NCBI RefSeq assembly: GCF_036971445.1
Contig: NC_091475.1
Location: 138,570,001 to 138,634,000, forward strand
Reading direction: 5' to 3'
From: Narcine bancroftii
Lineage: Eukaryota
DNA length: 64,000 nucleotides
Shown here one piece after another: positions 12,873 through 25,755 of the stretch. Under the pieces are notes generated by a model. That model did no database searches and was not told the origin of the DNA. It worked only from the letters and a program-made list of their open reading frames with translations. The first letter of the stretch is position 1. Every line of letters begins with the position of its first letter. Made by a program: the position numbers and the translations under genes.

Positions 12873-14820
12873 TTCAGATTTCAGATTTATTGTCAGAAAA
12901 CATACATGATGTCACAAACAATCCTGAGATTCCTTTTTCCTGTGGGTGTGGTAGAATTACCACTAATTGATAGTGGATAAAATAAACTGTACACAGCGTA
13001 AACATGAAAATAAATGTAAGCACTGTATAACAGATAACAAATGTAAACAAAACTGACTGTGCAATACTGAGAGGACAAAAGAAAATCAATAAAGTGCACA
13101 AGTAAGAGTGCCTAAATGAATCTCTGAGTTTGTTATTGAGGAGTCTGATGGTGGAGGGGTAGCAGCTGTTCCTCAACCTGGTGGTGTGAGCCTTGCGGCA
13201 CCTACACCTCTTTCCTGATGGCAGGAGCAAGAACAGAGTGCATGCTGGGTGATGAGGGTCTTTGATGATTGCTGGCTTGCTTTCAATGTTCCCTGTAGAT
13301 GTATTCAATAGTGGGGAGGGTTTTGCATGTGATGTCCTGGTCTGTGTGCACTACCCTTTGTAGGGTTTTACACTCAGAGATATTGGTGTTCCCATTCCAG
13401 ACCATGATGCAGCCAGTCAGTACATTTTCCATCACATCTTTGTAGAAATTTGCCGGGATTTCTGGTGTTATACCAAACCTCCACAAAAGCCTGAGTAAAG
13501 GTGCTGACATATTTTATTCATGATTCTATTGGTGTGTTAGGCCCATGAAAGATCCTCCAAGATAGTGACTCCCAAGGACCCATATTTGCTCACCTTATCC
13601 CCTCTTATCCCCCAATGATCATTGGATTATATACCTCTGGCTTTCCTTTCCTGAAGTCAATAATCAGCTTCTTAGTTTTGGTGACATTGAATGCGAAGTT
13701 GTTGTTGGTGTAACATTCAGCCAAGTTTTCAATCTTCATCCTATATCCTGACTCATCCCTTTCTTTATTGGTATTGTTGGCAAATTTGTAGATGGTGTTA
13801 TTGGTGTACCATGCTGCACAGCCGTAGGTGTAAAGTGAGTAGAGCACGGGGTTTAGAGCACAGCCCTGTGGTGCCCCAGTACTGATGGAGATTGTGGAGG
13901 AGAAGTTCTTAACAATCTTCACTGCTGTTATCTGGAGGTGAGGAATTCCATGATCCAATTACACAGTTGGATGTTGAGCCCCAGGTCTTGGAGTATGCTG
14001 AATCATTTTTGAGGGGATGATGGTGTTAAATGCTAAACTGTAGTCGATAAAGAGCTTCCTGATGTATGCTTTGTGTAGAGCCAATGAGATGGTACCCACC
14101 GAAGACCTGTTATTATCATAAGTAAATTGGAATGTATCCATGTCACTGCTCAGAGAAGAGCTGATATGCTTCATCACCTGTCTTTCAAAACACTTCAGCA
14201 CTGTTGATGTAAGTGCTACTTGTAGATAGTCATTAAGGCAGGTTACTACACTCTTCTTGGGCACCAGTATGATTGACACCTGTTTGAAATAGGTGGGTAC
14301 CACACTCTACTGGAGTGAGATATTGCAGTTATCCATGAATACATTGGTAAGTAGGTCAGCAAAGATCTTTAATACTTTACTCACTTTAATACTCCATCTG
14401 GACTGGATACGTTCATTGAATACACTCTCCTGAAGGCAGCACACACATAATCCTCAGATACAATGTGATCATCAGGGGATGTGGGGGTGCGGGGGTGGGT
14501 GGTTTTCACTGTTACAGTGATCAAAATGGGCATAGAAGGCGTTGAGTACCTCTGGGAGTGAAACATTGCCATCTACTACGTTACCGGATTTGGTTTTGCA
14601 ACAGGTTATGGCATTTATGCCCTGTCACAGCTGTTGGGAGTCCTTTGTTCTTTCCATTTTCATCTAGAATCTCCAAATCGCCCAGGAGGTAGCTTTCCAC
14701 AAACCATACCTGTTCCTGCTGTACTGATCTGGGTTTCCGGACTTAAATGCCTGTGACCTGGCTCTCAGCAGCTGTGGATTTCATTGTTCATCCAGGACTT
14801 CTGGTTGAAGGCTTGATTGA
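12873..14820 (-). mobile_element. Rex1/Babar-type LINE, 5'-truncated, degenerate
   Basis: Minus ORFs give [33 protein letters not shown] and DPHHPA..LLPSGKRCR. The 3' tail is aataaa(tctgaaa)n. Confidence 0.88.
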
Positions 14821-16914
14821 ATGTAAAAAAATAAATTATCATCAGGAACAAATAAGAGAAATGGAAGAGCCTAGGAAGAATTTACTGAGCATAGATGTCA
14901 GCATCTAGATCATGGAAGTGGAACACAAAGAATAAGTTATTTGAAATATCAGCACACAGTGGAGATCAGGGAGTCTATGAAGATTTGTTGGGGTGATGCC
15001 TTAGAGGAATTTATATGTGATAATCATCATAAGATGTCAATATATCTTGGTCCTCTTAAGAAAGAAATAATACAAAGAGACTACTGTTTGAAGGATTTTT
15101 GAGATTATATGCAGGTTTCAGCTAGGGAATTCAATAAGAGTGGCATTATAGAGATAAGAGTTGGGATAATGAGTTGATTTTCATATATATTATGCAATGT
15201 ACATATTCATTGATATTCTCACTTGCTGCCAAGTAGCCATTTTTAAAATAAAACAATCATAAAAACTGAACTTAATCTAAATAAAAGACAATAAATACAT
15301 GAGATAGATAATAAATATTCACAGAGTGCAAAAAGAAGTGACTTGCTGTGATGCAGTGGTGTTGGAACAGGCCATGATTATTGAAAGAAGGGGAGGTTCA
15401 AGAGTCTGTTAGCTGTTGCAAAGACTGCTCTTGAACCTAGAGGTGCTGGTTTTCAGGCTTCTGTATATTCTGCCTTGAATAGAGAAGGTTTAGATGGATG
15501 TGGGACAAATGCAGGCAAGTAGAACTAGCTTCAGCAGACAGATTGGTCTGCATGGACCTGTTACACTGAAGAGCCTGTCCCTGTGCTGATAAACATGATG
15601 ACTCCATGCCTTTATGTAATAAATGTTGTAAATGTTGCAAAGTAGCAACATTTATTGAATTTACTACACTCCTACTGCCAATACTCAAATTGCACAAAAT
15701 AAAGCCTCTGGTAAATTTGGTTTAATAAGGAACTGCAAATTTCCAGTCTTAATAGTTGTGCTGTCATTTACCTGAAACATTAATTTTTGTATTTTTATTT
15801 GCTAATCATTATGTAGATCCCTTACATGATAGAAATTGCATCCTCAATGGTATTAATATTTTCATGAACCATAGATCTTTATTGTGGTTCTTAGACTCAT
15901 TCATATTCCATAGCACAAACAGTTTGACTCTTGAGATGTGCCTGTGGACCCATACACTTGAGACCATTGAATTCCTGATGGGATAGTTTGGTATTGGGCC
16001 AAAAATAAGTTACTACTAAGCCACTGAACTAGGTAATCAAATCATCGCCTGCAATTCTTTGACCGATATAGTCAGTTGGTTTTTTAGCCTAGAAAATTGA
16101 TGTGTTGTTCTTGCATTTGTCTTGGAACAATGCAATCAAATTTTGATTTAACCTAGAGCAGACAATGCTGGAGTTCTTTCTTGATGTAAAAGTGGAGGAC
16201 GCCTTCTATAAACTGATAATTTTAGCACACCCTACATTCTTATCAGCATCATTTACCAAGCAAATGATGGTCCTGGTCACAAAACTTGTACCAATGTGTG
16301 TATCAATGTAAGAAGTTGTTAGACTGGGGCTTACTCATCTTTGTATAAATAAAAATATTATTTACACAAAATGAGAATACATTTCATCAATGACTATACC
16401 TTAAAAATACTTTACAATAATAAAAGAAAAATTAGATGATGTATTAAATGTTCACATCTTTATGCCTTTACCATTATACCAGCTGGCATATTAGTTTTAG
16501 TGTCCCATTGTCGGGTTGCATTGTCTTCAGTGAAGATTCTGTCTGCCAAATGGAAGGTTGCTCTCTTTCCCATTAAGTTTTTGATCACTGCAACAAAAAC
16601 TTGCTCCAATTTCAGACAAGTCCAGGACAATTGGGACAACAGCTGTGGAAGGCAGGACATTGAGCTGCTTGAATGTTTATGGTAAGAAGTGAATTGGTCT
16701 TCTTGTGAGAGAACACAGCAAAATTCTTAACCTACACTGAGCTCTCACGAGAAGTGGTAGACAATTATTAATTGATCTGCCAGAAATTAAACTATCATTC
16801 CATTATTTACCAAAAATATATGTTTTTCTTAGTGTCTTGCATCCATTTATTCTAAACCTTTCATTTCTGCACATTATTGTCTAATACCATAGAACATCAT
16901 AACCAATAAGAGTT

Positions 16915-17210
16915 AAACATGAAAGTCTGCAGATGTTAGAGTCAAGTGTAATGCACTAATATTCTGAAGAAATTTAGCAGGTTACGTACGCTGCATCTAA
17001 AGGAATAAAGGGTAACCAATTTTTCAGGCCTGGTGCCTGAATAAAAATGCTAGGGGGAGGATGGTGCAGGAGAAGAGAAGAGGGAGTAATGGGCAGGGGA
17101 AGGAGTACCTGATGAAGAGCCCAAGCCCAAAAAGTTGACAACATGTATTTCCTATGGATGCTACGTGACCTGCTAAGTTTCTCCAGCAACTTTGTGTATT
17201 GAACCATTAC
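16915..17210. mobile_element. Short Penelope-derived element with pseudo-LTRs in inverted orientation
   Basis: Left arm gaaatttagcaggttacgtacgctgcatctaaaggaa is approximately the reverse complement of right arm ttcctatggatgctacgtgacctgctaagtttc. Both match the Penelope terminal repeat. Confidence 0.6.
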
Positions 17211-17359
17211 CACCAATGTGGCTCCCTGAGATGATGTACAGTTGAATTGTCTGAGGGGATTCTATACCTTTGTCCTAACCTTTCAGCCCAGAAATAAATC
17301 GTTGAAGATCCAGAACCATGTTTCCACTCCACCTTGCTTTTGCTTTTCTCTTCTGAGTC

Positions 17360-17605
17360 NNNNNNNNNNNNNNNNNNNNNNNNNNNNNNNNNNNNNNNNN
17401 NNNNNNNNNNNNNNNNNNNNNNNNNNNNNNNNNNNNNNNNNNNNNNNNNNNNNNNNNNNNNNNNNNNNNNNNNNNNNNNNNNNNNNNNNNNNNNNNNNNN
17501 NNNNNNNNNNNNNNNNNNNNNNNNNNNNNNNNNNNNNNNNNNNNNNNNNNNNNNNNNNNNNNNNNNNNNNNNNNNNNNNNNNNNNNNNNNNNNNNNNNNN
17601 NNNNN
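17360..17605. other. N-run (gap or masked sequence)
   Basis: Run of n. Confidence 1.
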
Positions 17606-17774
17606 GATGTGTTTTGTGACTGGTTCACATCAGAACGTGGCAGGGTATACAACCCAAGCATTTGACGCTTCAGGGAGATCCTTGATCCTCTACATAGGTG
17701 ACAGTCTTTGCAATGAATAAAGGGAATTGTGAAGGAAAGATTTAAGTCTTCATTCTTCAGGAGAGTAAACTACG

Positions 17775-18532
17775 AACACGATCTTGGGAAGGCGATGGTC
17801 CTCCATTTTGGAGACGTGACCTACCCAGCGCAGTTGGATCTTCAACAGCATGGATTCGATGCTGTCGGCCTCTGCCATCTCGAGTACTTCGATGTTAGGG
17901 ATGAAAGCGCTCCAATGAATGTTGAGGATGGAGCGGAGACAACGCTGGTGGAAGCGTTCTAGGAGCCGTAGGTGATGCCGGTAGAGGACCCATGATTCGG
18001 AGCCGATCAGGAGTGTGGGTATGACAACAGCTCTGTACACGCTTATCTTTGTGAGGTTTTTCAGTTGGTTGTTTTTCCAGACTCTTTTGTGTAGTCTTCC
18101 AAAGGCGCTATTTGCCTTGGCGAGTCTGTTGTCTATCTCGTTGTCGATCCTTGCATCTGATGAAATGGTGCAGCCGAAATAGAAATTTTGAGTTTTGTGT
18201 GCCCGATGGAGATGTGGGGGGGCTGGTAGTCATGGTGGGGAGCTGGCTGATGGAGGACCTCAGTTTTCTTCAGGCTGACTTCCAGGCCAAACATTTTGGC
18301 AGTTTCCGCAAAACAGGACGTCAAGCGCTGAAGAGCTGGCTCTGAATGGGCAACTAAAGCGGCATCGTTTGCAAAGAGTAGTTCACGGACAAGTTTCTCT
18401 TGTGTCTTGGTGTGAGCTTGCAGGCGCCTCAGATTGAAGAGACTGCCATCCGTGCGGTACCTGATGTAAACAGCGTCTTCATTGTTGAGGTCTTTCATGG
18501 CTTGTTTCAGCATCATGCTGGAGAAGATTGAA
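17775..18532 (-). mobile_element. RTE-clade LINE internal fragment (RT region), lacking the normal 3' end
   Basis: ORFs 18133..18516 (ELLFANDAALVAHSEPALQRL) and 17750..18040 are near-identical to the copy at 35366-36338. It has a small deletion near 18185. Confidence 0.92.
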
Positions 18533-18719
18533 GGCAGGTAAACCTTTTACACTGAAGCCAATGTGTTTTGCATCGGCTCTGATGCGACCTACCTTGCCAG
18601 GTAAGTACCAGAATGAAAATGACCCACCACATACCATGTGGGTCATGTTCACACAAGTAATTGAAATGGTAAAAAAGAAACAATTAAATACCAGCTTTCA
18701 GGGGCAATGTGAAAGCCCC

Positions 18720-19265
18720 TGAAAAGAGTTTGAGTTTGATGGTGGAGGGGTAGCAGCTGTTTCTAAGGCTGGTGATGTGAATCTTATGGTACATATACCT
18801 CTTTTCTGATGGTAGCAGTTAAAACAGAGTTTATGCTGGATGGTGTGGATCCCTGATGATTGCTTTTGCTCTAAGAATGCAGCATTCCCTGTGAATATTC
18901 TCAATGGTAGGGAGCATTTTACCTGTGATGTCCTGGGCTGTGTCCATTATCTGTTGCAGGGATTTCCAATCATTGGCATTGCTCTCTCCATACCAGGTCA
19001 CGATACAGCTGGTCAGCAAACTTTCCACCACACTTCTGGAGAAATTTGTCAGGGTTTCTGATATCATACCCAACCTCTGCAAACTCCAGAGGAAATAGAG
19101 GTGGTGACATGCTTTCTTCCCAATGCCATTAGCATGTTGGATCCAGGAAAGATCCTCTGAGATAATGACTCCTAAGAACTTAAATTTGCTCACCCTCTTC
19201 ACTTCTGGTTTTCCTTTCCTGAAGTCAATAATCAGCTCTGTGGTTTTGGTGACATTGAGTGCAAT
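18720..19265 (-). mobile_element. Rex1/Babar-type LINE 3' fragment
   Basis: The C-terminal part of ORF 18831..19403 (LNVTKTTELIIDFRK..KFLGV..VVESLLTSCIVTWYG..IIRDPHHP) is homologous to 13140-13690. Confidence 0.88.
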
Positions 19266-20269
19266 TTTATACTTCTGCAACAGCTTTGCCATGAATGCAT
19301 CCCATTCTTGACCTTCATCTGAGCCGTTCTGAAAGGTCCAGATACAACAAAAGCTGCCTCGGCAATCATCTGTCCCAAAGTTCTCTCCACCTGATTGAAG
19401 CATGCTAACATTGATGCACCTTCTGGTGACATATTCACCTTTCTCTTCAACTGCTTATTCTTTAGAGTCAACTTCTGCAGTGTGACTGTGCAGCATTTGA
19501 TACATTGTGATCATTATTATCAACATCAGCATCCAACTCCTCTTCCTTCATACACCTCCATTTTCAAGTAATGCAAGAGTTTTGAGTAATGACTGCCTCT
19601 GTGGCATGGAGTAAATCTCTCCCATTATTGTAAAAGGATAAAGCACTCCTTAGCAGCACATATATATTATCAATGTTGGTGCTACTGCTTAGATAGTGCG
19701 AGGTATGACTTAGATATAGTCATTTTGAAGCATTGTTAATGATCTTCCTCAGGAAATGATTTACAACCTCTTTGCTTGAGGTTTCTGCAGCTTCACCACA
19801 ATGAGAAGGAGAACCTCCTCTCGCATAGTATCACATATTCCTTGTAAATGTTCATTCTTTGCAGGTGGGCTCTCTGCTATTCCTCTCCAATTTAGCTTCA
19901 CTGAAGAGGCTGAACTATGTTGAATGAGCTTTCAATTATCCAACAGGAGGAAGCTCATGCTCTGTATGAGGTCAGTGAAGTAGAAAAACCGACGCTGAGG
20001 TAAGAGTAAGGGATGGTAATGGACATATTATGGGATGTGGATAAAATAACTACATGGATTAATGGTTTTAGTGAGTGTTTAAATGTGTTTTATAATCAGG
20101 TATAAATGTCTTAACAGTTTCATTGTGAAATTGAGATATATTTGTGGTGATGTGCAGTTCACTTTTGCACAACTTACCAACATCATTTTATGGGCATCCC
20201 TGAAATTCTCCTTCCCAGCCACCAGCACACAAGCACATATCAGTCCATAAGACACAGGACATATCATAT

Positions 20270-20930
20270 NNNNNNNNNNNNNNNNNNNNNNNNNNNNNNN
20301 NNNNNNNNNNNNNNNNNNNNNNNNNNNNNNNNNNNNNNNNNNNNNNNNNNNNNNNNNNNNNNNNNNNNNNNNNNNNNNNNNNNNNNNNNNNNNNNNNNNN
20401 NNNNNNNNNNNNNNNNNNNNNTTGAGTGTGGGTATGGTTGTGTGTGTCTCCCTCCTCCCTCTCCNNNNNNNNNNNNNNNNNNNNNNNNNNNNNNNNNNNN
20501 NNNNNNNNNNNNNNNNNNNNNNNNNNNNNNNNNNNNNNNNNNNNNNNNNNNNNNNNNNNNNNNNNNNNNNNNNNNNNNNNNNNNNNNNNNNNNNNNNNNN
20601 NNNNNNNNNNNNNNNNNNNNNNNNNNNNNNNNNNNNNNNNNNNNNNNCTCTCTCCCTCTCACACTCTATTTCCCTCCTTCCCTCTCTGTCTTTCTCTCTC
20701 TCTCCCTCACATTCCCTCCNNNNNNNNNNNNNNNNNNNNNNNNNNNNNNNNNNNNNNNNNNNNNNNNNNNNNNNNNNNNNNNNNNNNNNNNNNNNNNNNN
20801 NNNNNNNNNNNNNNNNNNNNNNNNNNNNNNNNNNNNNNNNNNNNNNNNNNNNNNNNNNNNNNNNNNNNNNNNNNNNGCCTATCTCCCTCCTTCCATCCCT
20901 CTGTCTGTCTGTCTCTCTCTCTATCTATCC
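20270..20930. repeat. CT-rich low-complexity/microsatellite region with three N-runs (20270-20421, 20465-20647, 20720-20876)
   Basis: ctctctccctctc-type sequence lies between the n blocks. Confidence 0.9.
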
Positions 20931-21197
20931 ATGGCATCCATAAAAAGTCTTGTTGCCATCTACTTGCTATTAAATGTGTATCTTTATAAGCTGCTGTGAT
21001 TGCTATATAGAAAATCACCAGTGGAATTACGTGCCTGGTTCCATGAGGAACTGAGCCTATATTTTTGGTGCTATACAAAACTAAACTGATGCTATTGAAC
21101 TGTTTTATGTAACAATTGTGTTTTTTGGGACTTGACTGAATTATAATTGATGATGATGTTTATTGTCATACACATTAGTAAAGTGTACAGATGCACT

Positions 21198-21880
21198 TCT
21201 TCTTCTTTGGCTTGGCTTCACGGACGAAGATTTATGGAGGGGGTAAAAGTCCACGTCAGCTGCAGGCTCGTTTGTGGCTGACAAGTCTGATGCGGGACAG
21301 GCAGACACGGTTGCAGCGGCTGCAGGGGAAAATTGGTTGGTTGGGGTTGGGTGTTGGGTTTTTCCTCCTTTGCCTTTTGTCAGTGAGGTGGGCTCTGCGG
21401 TCTTCTTCAAAGGAGGTTGCTGCCCGCCAAACTGTGAGGCGCCAAGATGCACGGTTTGAGGCGATATCAGCCCACTGGCGGTGGTCAATGTGGCAGGCAC
21501 CAAGAGATTTCTTTAGGCAGTCCTTGTACCTTTTCTTTGGTGCACCTCTGTCACGGTGGCCAGTGGAGAGCTCGCCATATAACACGATCTTGGGAAGGCG
21601 ATGGTCCTCCATTCTGGAGACGTGACCCACCCAGCGCAGCTGGATCTTCAGCAGCGTGGACTCGATGCTGTCGACCTCTGCCATCTCGAGTACTTCGACG
21701 TTAGGGATGAAAGCGCTCCAATGGATGTTGAGGATGGAGCGGAGACAACGCTGGTGGAAGCGTTCTAGGAGCCGTAGGTGATGCCGGTAGAGGACCCATG
21801 ATTTGGAGCCGAACAGGAGTGTGGGTATGACAACGGCTCTGTATACGCTTATCTTTGTCACAAAGATAAGCACAAAGATA
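21198..21880 (-). mobile_element. RTE-clade LINE, 5'-truncated, young
   Basis: Open ORF 21256..21873 ends FPCSRCNRVCLSRIRLVSHKRACS, followed by a (gaa)n tail. TSD acagatgcact (21187-21197) / acagatacact (21881-21891). Confidence 0.95.
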
Positions 21881-22875
21881 ACAGATACACTACAGTAGAA
21901 GTTAATGTATGAAAAAAAAGTGATGTTTTAGAAATTCAGACAGATCTTTTAGGGGTCCTGTATTAGGGATAGTGTTGTACTGAAAAGATTCAATAGCCTA
22001 ATGCCCATTAGAAAAAAAAAACTTCTCAAATCTAGAGGAACGGTATCTCTGTTTTAAAGGATCATTTAAAAGAGATTGTGACCAGGGTGAAGTGGGTTCT
22101 TTATGTCGTTTGGCTGCCTTTGAAAGGCATTATCTCACATTGATGCTTTAAAGAGGCAGGTCATGATAAATGTGGCTAGGTTTCCCACTTTCTTCAACCT
22201 TATGCATTCCTGGGCACTCGAGTTTCCAAATCAGCACATGAAGTACCCAGTCAGTGTACTTTCCACTTTACAACTTCCAGGTAATGATGAAGACACAAAA
22301 CAAGGATTTGGTCTCAATTATTTCTATTGGTCTTTCCATAATTTCCAGTCCTTTATACACACCCTGAGATTAAAATAAAATGTCTAGAATAATTATAGTC
22401 GTGGTGGGGATGGAGGGACTAACTTTGACACGGGACAAAGGATGAAGGCAAGGTACCTGGCAAGCATGCCAGTTAGCATTCTCCTGGGAAGACTATGTTT
22501 GTGACAGGAGGGTACTCCCACGAAGACAGAGTTCAACTTCCCCTGCATTTCTCCATATCTTGTGTATCTCTCACACTGGAAGTGTAGAGTTGAATTTCCA
22601 ATGTGAATCAATATGTCCCAGAAATAATGAATATTCCTGTTGAATTTGAAACAATTTGATTTGCAATTGCATGGTGTAATTAAAGTTATCGGCAGATACT
22701 TTTCTTTAGCTGCCCATCCAAAGATTTGTTGCTGAAATCTTATGGCCTCCTGCTTTGCTCTCTGATTGATCCAGATAAACAGGAATTGTAGTGCAATTCA
22801 TAAAAGTGGTGCAGAAACTCAGCAGGTCATGCAGTATCCACAGAAAGTGAGGGATAAATGTTTCAGGCCTGAGCC

Positions 22876-23369
22876 CTTTGTAAGCAGCAGCATTATAGAT
22901 GACCCTCTAATGTACAGGTTGTTTCTGGGGAAGCATGCAGAGCCAGACATCCAGAGCTGCTGGAAGATCATCAATTCAGTGAAAGATGCCCTTTGGTTTG
23001 CCCGAATCTTGTTGGTTCTTCACATCCTGAGATGTAAGTGAGGGAAATGCAGCAGGAGTATGTGCTGATGGACACACTGAGGCTTGGCACAGCAATGTTA
23101 GGGCCCTGTGGAGAAGGACCACAGTCTGGAGTCCTTCCATTGCTGGGCAATGAGGGGTTGAGAATGAGGGGAATCCCTTCAAACAATAGAGAGGGGAATA
23201 ACAAAAAAAGTGCAATAGTGGAGGCAATGGTGTTAAATAGCAAACAAATAAAACAATGTAGATTGCTAGAAATAAATGTATAGGTCACTAAAGATGTGAA
23301 ATGTCTTTGAATTGATTTCTTTCTTGTAAATAATTTATTGTGAATAAAGTTTATTTTTGGAAAAAAAAT
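22876..23369 (+). mobile_element. Tx1-type (L1 clade) LINE 3' fragment inserted in a Penelope pseudo-LTR
   Basis: Peptides DIQSCWKIINSVKDALW and QEYVLMDTLRLG; aataaa plus an A tail at 23343-23368. Candidate TSD gcctgagcc (22867-22875 / 23370-23378). Confidence 0.75.
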
Positions 23370-24159
23370 GCCTGAGCCTGATAACTGTTGAATAAAATAA
23401 AGTGTTATTGAATTGTTCTTCTGCCTTCTTTGCAGTGGTCATGATGTGCTGACCCCAGGAGAGATCTTCTAATATATCGATGTGCCATTCCCTTAATAAA
23501 GACAGGAGTGTGCTCCCTTGGCTTCTCTTTCCTTGTCCACAATCAGCTCCTTGGATGCTTCTGCTAATCAGATTAAATTGAGATGGAGGCAGAATTAAAT
23601 TTTCTTTCATTTTGACAGCCTGTTAAACTTACCAGCAAAGTTTGAATGTTCAGGTTACAGGCATGACTTAACCCAGGCATAAGGTAGTCTCCTGATTTTC
23701 AAGAATCAAGTTGCTCACTACCCCTTAAGTCTGGAATATGGATGCAATGCAGTGCTGTTGGGATGAGAGGTGGTAGGAGTTCGTTGGGTGGGATGGAGGT
23801 CGAGCAGTTTCATGTCATGCAGTTTTGGAAGTGCCTATTTATGGAAGTGTAACCATTGGATATTACTGTTCCTGGGTCAGAGTCAGATGATTTGCCAGGT
23901 CTATTCCTTATGCTGATGGACCACATCAAGAGAAAGCAATTAAATCGTTTGTTGTTACCGGCCCTGCCCATCCTCACTTACATAACCTATTTAATTTCAA
24001 GCAGTGATGGAGTGGAGAGAGGCATAATATTTACTATTCAAACAGATGGTACAATAGTGCAGTAGGTAGTACAGCTGCCCCACAATCCATCAATAGATAC
24101 GATGAATATAAAGAGATGATAGATAAATAAATATTTACAGTTATTGCTTTTTATATTTT

Positions 24160-24395
24160 ACATTTAGACATACACCACTAACAGACGATTTCAGCTCACA
24201 AATCCATACTAGCCAATTTACACCCAATTAATCTACACCCCGATATGTTTGGAACAGTGGGAGGAAACCGTGGCCCCTGGGGAAATCCCATACAGACATG
24301 GAGAGAACCTACAAACTCCTTACAGGATTCGAACCCCGGTGCAGATAGCTGGCGCTATAAAGGTGTCTTGGCAACTGCTATGCCAAATGTGCCGC
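24160..24395 (-). mobile_element. HE1-like tRNA-derived V-SINE
   Basis: The reverse complement contains the V-domain core (ggagtttgtaggttctctccatg...ggtttcctcccac) and a B-box-like ggttcgaatcc. Confidence 0.75.
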
Positions 24396-24399
24396 TGTA

Positions 24400-25290
24400 G
24401 GTTAGTGCAAGAAAAAAAAGCAGTGTTTCAAAAAGTGCAGAGAGGCCTTTTTGTGGTCCTGTCCTCTTGAATGTCTCCTAAATCATAAACTATGATTAGT
24501 TAATAAGGGGAGGTTTAAGACCCTGATAGCTATTCGATAATAACTATTCTTGAACTGAGAGGTGTTAGTTTTGAACCTGTTGTATCTTAGCCTGAAGTTA
24601 GCAGTGAGAAATGGTCATGATCAGATAGACAGTGTTGGCTGCCTTCTTGATGCAACGCCACACATGAATGTGAAAGCCTGTGATGGATTTTCTATTTTGT
24701 TTCTTCAGCCTTACTAAACCAAGCCATGATGTGACAAGTCAGTATACTTTACACAGTGCACCTCTAGAAGTTTGATGGAGTAACTAACAACATGCCAAAT
24801 AACCTAAATTCCTAACAACGTAAGGCACTTGTGTGCCTTTTTCACAGTTGCTTCAAGGTGCAGGCTCCAGGGAAGGTCTTCTGATTTGTGGAATCCTAAC
24901 CCTGTTCACTATCATCCCATTATTAAAGACAGGTGCTAACCCCTCAACCTCTCCTTCCTAAATCAGAAATAAGCTCCATGGTCTTAGTGTCACTAAAAAC
25001 AAGATTGTTAATTGGTACCACCTCCATCCCATTATTCAGCTAACAACGATGGTATCATCAACAAAATTATCAACTGCCATTATCAACTGCATTTGAGCTG
25101 TAAAGTTACAGTCATGATGTGCTCAGGGGATACAAGAGGGGGTTAAGCACTCAGCCTTGAGGGGCCCCTGCAAAAAGGAGGTGATGTTGCCAATCCACAT
25201 CGATTGGGGTCTGCCAATGACGAAGTCAAGGATCTAGTGGCAGAGGGATTAACCGAGTCTTAGATCCCTCAGTTTGATCATGAGTTTGCA
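24400..25290 (-). mobile_element. Old Rex1-like LINE fragment
   Basis: ctattcttgaactgagaggtg, cagccttgaggggcccctg (GAPQG on minus) and gtcaaggatctagtggcagagg. Confidence 0.6.
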
Positions 25291-25516
25291 GGTTTTTTTT
25301 TCTCATTTAACAAAGCGGGATCATTCAGAGTTTGCAAGAGGTCATATTAATAAAATATTAGGGTACCCCAGAAGCACTATATTTATGTTCAAGTTGTAAT
25401 GCAGTCATAACTACTAAGAATGCACACACGCTCCTGTGGCACCATGGGTCCTGGAAATGCCCGATTGTACCCAAGGACACTGCGTATTCCTTTTCTAGAA
25501 ACATACAGGTGCGGAA

Positions 25517-25755
25517 TGTGATAGTACAAACTCTATCACCAATGTGTATATGTACACATGTACAGAAGGTAGTGTAGGATGGCTGTGATTGGCTGAGAGT
25601 GTAGTCACACCTACTAGCAGGTCTTAAAGGATTGCTCCTAGCCAGACCAGGTCATTCTGGACTGGTCGACCTACTTGAGAGATGCTCCAGTCTTTTAGTT
25701 AATAAAAGCCTTGGTTTGGATCAACAAGTGTTTGGTTCTTTCAACACGCATTACA
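25517..25755 (+). mobile_element. Solo LTR (239 bp)
   Basis: tgtgat...attaca termini (TG..CA); internal aataaa; flanks cggaa (25512-25516) / cggat (25756-25760) form a near-perfect 5-bp TSD. Confidence 0.85.

Noticed and set aside
19232-19560. Protein-like ORF (TLKNKQLKRKVNMSPEG..) abutting a Rex1 truncation
   Set aside because: No recognisable family or splice signals. The longer ORF 18831..19403 is mostly Rex1 read-through.
19865-19999. Plus-strand exon-like segment (ttctttgcag| ... gag|gtaaga)
   Set aside because: It has stops in all three frames and no partner exons were found. It could only be non-coding, which is unsupported without RNA data.
17242-21078. Long ORFs containing X runs
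   Set aside because: Artefacts of translating through N blocks.
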